This document shows, one piece after another, positions 1-6,787 of a stretch of 14,369 nt of DNA. The DNA comes from Vulcanimicrobiaceae bacterium (lineage in GTDB: Bacteria > Vulcanimicrobiota > Vulcanimicrobiia > Vulcanimicrobiales > Vulcanimicrobiaceae). The stretch's first letter is position 1, and each line of letters begins with the position of its first letter. The notes below the pieces were generated by a model, which was not told the origin of the DNA, searched no databases, and worked only from the letters and a program-made list of their open reading frames with translations. The stretch spans positions 550 through 14,918 of the forward strand of contig JBHEMM010000026.1 in the NCBI GenBank assembly GCA_046262595.1, read 5' to 3'. The position numbers and the translations under genes were made by a program.

Positions 1-372
1 CCCAAGAACGATGGCGGCGCGTTCCTGGTTGCCCCGGGCGGCAACGCGAGCGGCAGCGCAGACGGCGACAACTTGCATTGGATTGAAAACATCTATTCAA
101 GCACCGGCATCAGCGCGTCGACATATTGCAAACCGGATTACTTGGCGCCCCCCGGTTCGACGGCCGACTGCCGGGTGCAGATCGAAGGCACTTCGCAGGC
201 AACGCCGCACGTCGCCGGAGCGGCGGCGCTGATCTTGGCGGTGAAACCGTCGTATACGCCCGCGCAGGTCGCGGCGGCACTGTGCAGCAGCGCCGCGGAT
301 ATCGGCTCGGCGGCACAAGGCTGCGGCCGCCTCGACGTCAATGCTGCGGTAGCCTACGCCTTAGCGCACTAG
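1..372 (+). CDS. S8 (subtilisin-family) serine peptidase, C-terminal part; 5' end lies outside the window
   Basis: Frame 1 is open from base 1 (PKNDGGAFLVAPGG...). It has the subtilase 'VAPG' motif, the catalytic Ser motif GTSQATPHVAGAAALI (Ser codon 193-195) and the typical ending 'TPAQV...GCGRLDVNAAV', with TAG at 370-372. Confidence 0.9.
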   Translation, partial: PKNDGGAFLVAPGGNASGSADGDNLHWIENIYSSTGISASTYCKPDYLAPPGSTADCRVQIEGTSQATPHVAGAAALILAVKPSYTPAQVAAALCSSAADIGSAAQGCGRLDVNAAVAYALAH

Positions 373-397
373 AAACGCGCGATAGCCCGAACGGCGT

Positions 398-1423
398 CTA
401 CGTGCCGTAGCCGATCGAGGCCAGCACGCGCTGCGTATGCACCGCCTCCTCGAATGTGGGAACCGCGCTATGCCCCGTCTCGATCTGCTTGACGAATTCA
501 TCGAGCAGATCGGCGATCAACGGCACGTGCGCATCGACCGAGGCGAGATTCGCGTGCGGTGAGGGTTTGCAATCCAGTTCGTTGGTTTCTTCCTCGTCGA
601 CGGTGAACAGCCGCATATCGAACAGATCCGAGCCGCTCGCGACCGCCGTGCGGTTTTCCGCATGCGAGGCAACCGTAAGGGAATCGACCGCCGTTGTTGC
701 ATCGCAGCTTACGCGGGAGATCAGTCCTTCGCCGTAATCGATCAGCGCAAAGCACCCGTCGTCGACCGTGCTTTTGAAGTCGCCCTGGGCATCGGTGCGT
801 GACGCGTTTGCGGTTCGCAGATACCCGGTGCTGCGCAAGGGCGGCCGGCCGGCGTACCACGTTGCGCTGTCAATCAGGTGCGAGAGCAGTGCGCCGGCCA
901 TGCCGCCGCCGCGCTCCCGGTCAAACCACCAACCGCGCGTGCGCTGCACACCGGGACGCAAGCGTGTGGAAAGCTGCGTAATTTCGATCTCCCGCAGCGG
1001 GTGCAGGTGCCCGTTCGCGATCAATTCTTTGATCGCGTAGCGCTGCGGTGCCCACCGGAATTCATGCATGACGGCCGTTGCGGCCGTTGCGTGCTGCGCC
1101 GCCGCCAGCATGTCTTCCGCTTGCGAAACGTTCAGCGCAAACGGCTTCTCGCAGATGACGTGCTTTCCCGCCGCCAGCGCGGCGAGCACGTCGCGGTGGT
1201 GCGTAAACGGCGGGGCCGCAATCGAGACGACGTCCAGATCGCAGCCCGCGAGCATCTCCTCGCAACTCGAAAACGCGTGCGCTACCCCGCGCTGTTTCGC
1301 CTGCTCCTGCGCGCTGTTCGGCGAGGCGAGCGCGATGACGTCAAAAGCGGGATGCGCTTTAAATGCCGGCAGATGCGAACGCACACCGAAACCCGCGCCC
1401 GTTATGCCCACTTTGTATTTCAC
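398..1423 (-). CDS. Gfo/Idh/MocA-family NAD(P)-dependent oxidoreductase (341 aa)
   Basis: GTG start at 1423 with a GAGGAG Shine-Dalgarno just upstream, overlapping the upstream TGA. N-terminal Rossmann motif KVGITGAGFG, family motif HVICEKPFA, and GGMAGALLSHLID. The ORF-track extension to 1912 overlaps the aminotransferase. Confidence 0.92.
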   Translation of the reverse strand: MKYKVGITGAGFGVRSHLPAFKAHPAFDVIALASPNSAQEQAKQRGVAHAFSSCEEMLAGCDLDVVSIAAPPFTHHRDVLAALAAGKHVICEKPFALNVSQAEDMLAAAQHATAATAVMHEFRWAPQRYAIKELIANGHLHPLREIEITQLSTRLRPGVQRTRGWWFDRERGGGMAGALLSHLIDSATWYAGRPPLRSTGYLRTANASRTDAQGDFKSTVDDGCFALIDYGEGLISRVSCDATTAVDSLTVASHAENRTAVASGSDLFDMRLFTVDEEETNELDCKPSPHANLASVDAHVPLIADLLDEFVKQIETGHSAVPTFEEAVHTQRVLASIGYGT

Positions 1424-2688
1424 AGCAGCTCCTCGATAAGGTCGATTGCGCGAAAAAGTTGTTGTTGTTCGATAACCAGCGGCGGCGTGAGTGAGAGTAC
1501 GTCGCCCTGCGGCCCGGCTTGCAGAAGGATAACACCTTTTCGCAGCGCTTCGTGCACGACGCGCTCGGCGTGCGCCGCGCTGTCCAGTTGTATGCCCCAC
1601 ATGAGGCCGCGACCGCGCACGTCCCGCAGTTTCTTCGTGGTGCGCAGCCGGTCCAACCGCGAACCGAGCACGGCGCCCAAACGCTGCGCGTTTTCCGGCA
1701 GCCGCATGCGGCGCAGTTCGTTGATGTTCGCCAGCGCCGCAGCGCAGCCCATCGGATTTCCGAGATACGTTGAGGTGTGCAGCGCCTCGCCCGCGGAGGC
1801 GGGCCAAGCATCCATGATTTCGGCTCGCGCAATCGCCGCAGAGATCGGAAAGCCGTTCGCCATCGCCTTGCCGATGCACATGATGTCCGGAACGACGTTC
1901 TCGTGCTCGCACGCAAACATCATCCCGGTGCGTCCGAAGCCCGTGTAGATTTCGTCGAAAACGAGCAGCACGCCCGCGTTCGTGCAGAGATCGCGCAACG
2001 CCGGCAAGTAGCCTTTGGGCGGCGCAATGCAGCCGCCGCGCCCTTGCATGGGCTCGATGAAAACCGCCGCGATATCCGTGCGCTGCGCCAGTGCCTTTTC
2101 GATGCTCTCGAGCGTGCCGGCCGGCGGATAGTCGAGCAAAACTGCGTTGGCGCGAAGTGCGCCGGTAAACGGCGCCCCGAACCGCTCGATTCCGGAGATC
2201 GCGAGGGCGCCGAGCGAGAGACCGTGATACGCGTTCCGGTATGCGGCGAAGGCGGTTTTTCCCGTTGCGAGCATCGCGGTCTTCATCGCCGCTTCAACCG
2301 CTTCCGCTCCGGTGGACGCCAAGAACGTCTTTGAAAGATCGCCGGGTGTTATCTCGGCAAGTTTTTGCAGCAGGGCAGTTTTCGTCTCGGTGGGATGCAC
2401 GTCGCCCATGGCGTGCATCAACCGGACGGCTTGATCGTGAATCGCCTCGGCAACGTACGGGTTGCTGTGTCCCGTGTTGGCGACGCCGAACGCCGCGGTC
2501 AGATCGATGTAGCGGTTCCCGTCCACATCGGTGACCGTCGCGCCTTGGCCATTCTCCCAGAAGACGGGGAACTTCTCGCCGACGTACGTGACGTTGCGTG
2601 ACTCGAAGCGCTGCAGCGTGCGCGCCAGCTCGCGCGTGCGCGGACCCGGAACCTCCGTGCGGAGCTGTTCAAACAGATCCTCATTCAC
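1420..2688 (-). CDS. Class-III PLP-dependent aminotransferase (GabT/ArgD fold), substrate unknown
   Basis: Motifs DVDGNRYIDL, STGAEAVEAAMK, AYHG, FIEPMQG, FDEIYTGFGRTG, IGKAMANGFPIS (PLP lysine), STYLGNP and VRGRGLMWG. GTG at 2688 overlaps the upstream TGA; ATG 2706 is an alternative start. Confidence 0.93.
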   Translation of the reverse strand: MNEDLFEQLRTEVPGPRTRELARTLQRFESRNVTYVGEKFPVFWENGQGATVTDVDGNRYIDLTAAFGVANTGHSNPYVAEAIHDQAVRLMHAMGDVHPTETKTALLQKLAEITPGDLSKTFLASTGAEAVEAAMKTAMLATGKTAFAAYRNAYHGLSLGALAISGIERFGAPFTGALRANAVLLDYPPAGTLESIEKALAQRTDIAAVFIEPMQGRGGCIAPPKGYLPALRDLCTNAGVLLVFDEIYTGFGRTGMMFACEHENVVPDIMCIGKAMANGFPISAAIARAEIMDAWPASAGEALHTSTYLGNPMGCAAALANINELRRMRLPENAQRLGAVLGSRLDRLRTTKKLRDVRGRGLMWGIQLDSAAHAERVVHEALRKGVILLQAGPQGDVLSLTPPLVIEQQQLFRAIDLIEELL

Positions 2689-3905
2689 CGGCTTGCATCG
2701 ATCCATCGCACGAAGCCGCTGATTCGCGGCTGACCGCCGTGATGCGCCGTCAGCGGCGGGTCCTGCAGTTCCCCGAAGTGCGCCAGACGCGCCGCGCCCG
2801 ACTGCAGCACCATCTCGACGACGTCCGCGCGTTGGCTCGAAACGGCGAAGCCCTCCAGAGGCAGCGCGTGCGCGCGAAGATATGCGAGCGCGCCGTCGGG
2901 ATGCTCGACGGCGTGCATGCTCAGGGTGCGCGGCAGGAATGCCGGCGGATCCCCGGACGGCGGATCCAGAAGAAGTGCGTGCGCGCCGGGCCGCGCGAGA
3001 AGGTTGCCCTTACCGTTCGCGGCGCGGAACGCGTGCAGGCGGTGATGTTCGAGCACGGCCGCGGCTCTGTGCGGTTCCAACGTACCGGCCGGGAATTCAA
3101 TTGCAGCGCGCTCGATCGCCGCATATAGCAGCTGAGCGAAGCGATCGAAGGCCGGGCGAGACGTATCCTCCGCGAAGAGCACGTGAAGTGAGAGGCAGCC
3201 TTCGCCCTCGTACAAAATGAGGTCACGCGCCGCACCTTCGGCAGCCGCCGTTGCCGAAGGCAGATCGAGAAGGGTCTCCCGCGTGAGATAGCCCGCGCTT
3301 ACGCGCGACCCGAAGCCGGTGAAGCGCGCGCCGGATGTACAAGCCGCGGCAATCTGAGCAAGCGTTCGATCTGTTCCAAAGGCGGTCACGGCATCGAACG
3401 CCTGGAGATCGGGAACATCTGCATCGCGCGACGACCAGGCCTGCGCGCGTGCCGCCTGCGCGAAACGATCGTCTTCGTCGGCGAGCGTTTCGAAAAACGC
3501 CTGGACGAAACTGTCCTCGCGGTCTTTAACCAGCACATCGCACTTGGCGCACAGGGCGAAGATTGCCGGCACGAGCGCGACGCCGATCGTCGTGCGGCTG
3601 GAGATGACGCAGACGGATCCCACCGGCATCGCGCGGTTACGTGTCGCACCGCGGCCGGTGAACCCATCGAGCGCGTCGATCGATCCGAGTTCGGTGCCAA
3701 TCACCGTTTCCAACGCGTCAGGCGTGACGGAAAGAAACAAACGATCCAGCGCATACTCTACGACGGGAACGCTGTATCCCGTTCGCGATGCAATGCGCTC
3801 CAGTACGCGCACGCGGGGCGGAAAATCGCCATCGCTCCAGCGTGCGGCCGCAGCAGCGATTCCGCGCACGATCGCGCGCGCAGGCAACCCTGCAAGGGCG
3901 CTCAC
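2685..3905 (-). CDS. LuxC-like acyl-CoA/acyl-protein reductase (ALDH superfamily)
   Basis: LuxC-like segments VTAFGTDRTL, GFGSRVS, RDLILYEGEGCLSLHVLF (putative catalytic Cys, codon 3195-3197) and C-terminal GAARLAHFGELQDPPLTAHHGG..ISGFVRWI. GTG start at 3905 overlaps the stop of the luxE-like gene. Confidence 0.82.
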   Translation of the reverse strand: MSALAGLPARAIVRGIAAAAARWSDGDFPPRVRVLERIASRTGYSVPVVEYALDRLFLSVTPDALETVIGTELGSIDALDGFTGRGATRNRAMPVGSVCVISSRTTIGVALVPAIFALCAKCDVLVKDREDSFVQAFFETLADEDDRFAQAARAQAWSSRDADVPDLQAFDAVTAFGTDRTLAQIAAACTSGARFTGFGSRVSAGYLTRETLLDLPSATAAAEGAARDLILYEGEGCLSLHVLFAEDTSRPAFDRFAQLLYAAIERAAIEFPAGTLEPHRAAAVLEHHRLHAFRAANGKGNLLARPGAHALLLDPPSGDPPAFLPRTLSMHAVEHPDGALAYLRAHALPLEGFAVSSQRADVVEMVLQSGAARLAHFGELQDPPLTAHHGGQPRISGFVRWIDASR

Positions 3906-4996
3906 TTCAGGCTGAGTAGCTGTTCGGCATCCAAAGAGCAACCGCGCAGATGCGCCCCCTCTTCGCGGCCGATCAAAATGATGCCGCCGTCCGGCGCGGC
4001 AACGCCGAGGTCTTCGGTTTGAACGGCGAGACACGACGAGCGGTTCGCCAGATCGACGTGCGTCAACGATCCGACCGTACCGTCGGGAACATCCTGGCCG
4101 CGCTGCCCGGTGACGCGCGTGCGCAGCCAAGGCGGCGCGCGTTTGACGCGCACTTCGCCGAACGTGACATCGTAATACTGGGTGCATAGCTCGGTCATGC
4201 CGTACTCCGCGACGATGGCTTCCGGCTTCAACACGAACGTCTGCGCGAGCGAGGCATAGAGCTGCTCGCGTTTGACGATGCGCGTGCGTCCCTTAAAGCC
4301 GCCGGTTTCCATGACGCGCGAACCGTCGGGTAAGCGCAGATCGGCGTGCGGCATCGCGCCGAACTCGTCGAGCAACTGCACGAACGCAAAAGCCGTTCCC
4401 GCGACGCAGAGGGGGCGCCCTTCCGCGCGCGCGCGGGCGACGCTTTGCGCAAGCGCCGCCGCTTGCAGCCGATCGCCTTGCAGAAACCACCGCTCGCCGC
4501 CATCACCGTACGTGCCCGCCACTTTTTGCATCATGTATCCCAGCGAGGAGTGCGGGCGCTCCTGCGGATTGGGCACGAGCAGGAGGTAGCGCAGCGGCTG
4601 CTGCGCACCGCCGAGCATCGCGTCATGAAACCCCGCAAGCAGCGACGCGTCGTACAGCGCGGGCGTTTCCAAATAATGTTTACCGCCCATGCCGCGCGTC
4701 GTGCCGCTCGTTTCAAATGTCAGCGCGGCGCGGTTGGGCTCAAACGTTGTCAGCGCGGCCTCTTTGAACGCGCCGCCCGGCGCGGGCGGAATGTCTTGCC
4801 AACACGGCGGCATTGCATCGGGGCGTACGCCAAGTGACGCGCAATACCGCGCGTACGGCGCATTGTAACGCAGCTGATGCGCGAAGACCCGCAAGGCCAG
4901 GCCGCCGAAGTCCGGCACGCAGCGCCGCGCGATGCACTCGAGAATCTCGCTATCGAGCGCCGCCGCCTGCGCCTCGTACGTTTGGTCCGCGGTCAT
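3902..4996 (-). CDS. LuxE-like acyl-protein synthetase (adenylate-forming, LuxE/PaaK-like)
   Basis: Motifs QLRYNAPYARYC..IPPAP..AFK, FETSGTT (P-loop-like), ETGGFKGR, EYGMTEL, DLAN....AVQTEDLG and C-terminal GREEGAHLRGCS, which has the LuxE-type acyl-accepting Cys (codon 3938-3940). ATG at 4996 overlaps the upstream TGA. Confidence 0.88.
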   Translation of the reverse strand: MTADQTYEAQAAALDSEILECIARRCVPDFGGLALRVFAHQLRYNAPYARYCASLGVRPDAMPPCWQDIPPAPGGAFKEAALTTFEPNRAALTFETSGTTRGMGGKHYLETPALYDASLLAGFHDAMLGGAQQPLRYLLLVPNPQERPHSSLGYMMQKVAGTYGDGGERWFLQGDRLQAAALAQSVARARAEGRPLCVAGTAFAFVQLLDEFGAMPHADLRLPDGSRVMETGGFKGRTRIVKREQLYASLAQTFVLKPEAIVAEYGMTELCTQYYDVTFGEVRVKRAPPWLRTRVTGQRGQDVPDGTVGSLTHVDLANRSSCLAVQTEDLGVAAPDGGIILIGREEGAHLRGCSLDAEQLLSLK

Positions 4997-5466
4997 CGCC
5001 GTTTGCTCGTGATCAGTCCGCTGTTGAGGCCGCCGCTCGCCAGGCCGCCGTTGAGGCGCGCGTTCTCGACCTTTAAGCAGCGGTCCACGACGACGTCCAG
5101 ACCCGCCTCGTCTGCGAGATGGATGGCGTCTTCGTTGATAACGCCGTATTGGAACCAGACGCATTTGGCGCCGGACGTAATGGCTTCGCGCACGACAGCG
5201 GCCACTTCGCTGGGTTTACGGAACACGTCCACAATATCGGGCGCGCCGTGTTCCTGCGCGTACGCAGCAAGTGACGGATACGCTTTGATGCCGTCGATCG
5301 CGGCGATCGCCGGATTGATGGGCGTGGTCTGGAAGGGCGTCATCGTGCGCAAATAGCTGAACACCGTGTAGCTCGGCCGCAGGGGATTCGCCGACGCACC
5401 CACCATCGCGATGGTCTTGCTGCGCTGCAGCACGGCTTTGCGCTGACTGACGGAGCGCAGGATCAC
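4993..5466 (-). CDS. CoA-binding protein (YccU-like, CoA_binding_2)
   Basis: Motifs KTIAMVGASANPLRPSY, PINP, DIVDVFRKP, VWFQYGVINE and VVDRCLKVE are typical of this family. GTG start overlaps the metY stop. Confidence 0.92.
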   Translation of the reverse strand: MILRSVSQRKAVLQRSKTIAMVGASANPLRPSYTVFSYLRTMTPFQTTPINPAIAAIDGIKAYPSLAAYAQEHGAPDIVDVFRKPSEVAAVVREAITSGAKCVWFQYGVINEDAIHLADEAGLDVVVDRCLKVENARLNGGLASGGLNSGLITSKRR

Positions 5467-6719
5467 GACGCCGCGGCCGTTTGGGCGAGCGCGCGCTCCA
5501 AAGCATTGCCGAGGTCCCAGATTAAATCGTCCGCGTCTTCCAAACCGACGGATAAACGGATACTCTCGGGCGCGACGCCGGCTTTGCGCATCTCGTCATC
5601 GCTTAGTTGCGAATGGGTCGTCGAGGCGGGATGAATGACCAAGCTCTTCATGTCGCCCACGTTCGCCAAATGACTCCACAGTTCGAGTGAATCGATGAAG
5701 CGGCGTCCGGCGTCACGGCCGCCGCGAATCCCGAACGTGAAGATCGATCCCATTGCCGGAGCTTTAACCCATTCCACTTCGGCACGGCGCTGGAGGAACT
5801 GCACGATGCGCTGCGCGTTCTCAACGTGCGCGCGCATGCGGATCGGAAGCGTTTCAAGGCCGAGCAGCAGCAGCCACGCATCCATCGGCGAGAGTTGCGA
5901 GCCGATATCGCGCAGCACTTCGGCGCGCGCGCGCATCAGAAACGCGTACTCGCCGAACGTTTCGGTGAAAACTTTATCATGATAGCCGGGGCTGGGCTGC
6001 GAGAGCAGCGGAAACCTTCCGTTCTCGAACGGGAACCTTCCGGACTCCACGAGCACGCCGCCGATGACGGCGCCGTGTCCGCTGATGAACTTCGTCGCCG
6101 AATGGACGACGATGTCGGCGCCGTGCTCGATGGGGCGGAAGAGGGCAGGCGATGCGAAAGTGTTATCGATTACGAGCGGGATGCCGGCATCGTGTGCGAT
6201 ACGCGCGAGGCTTTCGACGTCTGCAAGCGCGCCCGACGGATTGCCGATCGTCTCGGCAAAAAGCATCTTCGTATTGGGCCGGATCGCCGCCCGGATCGCG
6301 TCGTGCTGCTCGACCGGAACGAACGCCGTTTCGATGCCCATGCGTTTGAGCGTGATGCCGAACTGCGTGACGGTTCCGCCGTAGACGTTCTGCGAGCTCA
6401 CGATGTGGTCGCCGTTCTGTGCGATCGTAAGGATCGTTCCCAACTGCGCTGCCAGCCCGCTCGAGAACGCCAAGGCGCCGATCCCGCCTTCCAGGCTTGC
6501 CATGCGCTCTTCGAACGCCGAAACGGTCGGGTTGCTGATACGGCTGTAGATGTGGCCGTAGCTGCGCAGCTGGAACAGCTCGGCCGCCTGCTCGGTCGAG
6601 CCGAAAACGAAAGCAGCCGTTTGATGGATCGGGGTAACGCGCGAACCCGTAACCGGATCCGGCGGCGTGCCGGCATGGATGGCGCGGGTGGAAAATCCGA
6701 AAGGATGGTCGTCTTGCAT
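5463..6719 (-). CDS. metY: O-acetylhomoserine sulfhydrylase / aminocarboxypropyltransferase (Cys/Met metabolism PLP enzyme)
   Basis: Motifs FSTRAIHAG, PIHQTAAFVF, IYSRISNPT, YGGT, ETIGNP, IDNTFASP, HSATKFISGHG (PLP Lys), HLANVGDMKSLVIHPASTTHSQL and IRLSVGLE. ATG 6719 is the chosen start; GTG 6731 is an alternative. Confidence 0.9.
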   Translation of the reverse strand: MQDDHPFGFSTRAIHAGTPPDPVTGSRVTPIHQTAAFVFGSTEQAAELFQLRSYGHIYSRISNPTVSAFEERMASLEGGIGALAFSSGLAAQLGTILTIAQNGDHIVSSQNVYGGTVTQFGITLKRMGIETAFVPVEQHDAIRAAIRPNTKMLFAETIGNPSGALADVESLARIAHDAGIPLVIDNTFASPALFRPIEHGADIVVHSATKFISGHGAVIGGVLVESGRFPFENGRFPLLSQPSPGYHDKVFTETFGEYAFLMRARAEVLRDIGSQLSPMDAWLLLLGLETLPIRMRAHVENAQRIVQFLQRRAEVEWVKAPAMGSIFTFGIRGGRDAGRRFIDSLELWSHLANVGDMKSLVIHPASTTHSQLSDDEMRKAGVAPESIRLSVGLEDADDLIWDLGNALERALAQTAAAS

Positions 6720-6787
6720 GGTCGCGCGCACTTCGACTCGAAACCTCAGGTTACCCCGAATACGCCTTGTAGGAGTTTGCAGCTGTT

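Noticed and set aside
878..1948. 356-aa plus-strand ORF
   Set aside because: Antisense shadow of the oxidoreductase and aminotransferase genes with no recognisable motifs. Long shadow ORFs are expected in high-GC DNA.
2685..4996. Bioluminescence (lux) operon
   Set aside because: No luxA/luxB luciferase, luxD or luxG is in the window, and the flanking genes are unrelated to light production.
1424..5164. Long N-terminal extensions in the ORF track (starts at 1912, 4187 and 5164)
   Set aside because: They are Arg-rich off-frame translations overlapping the upstream genes. The starts at the 4-nt overlaps (1423, 3905, 4996) match where family similarity begins.
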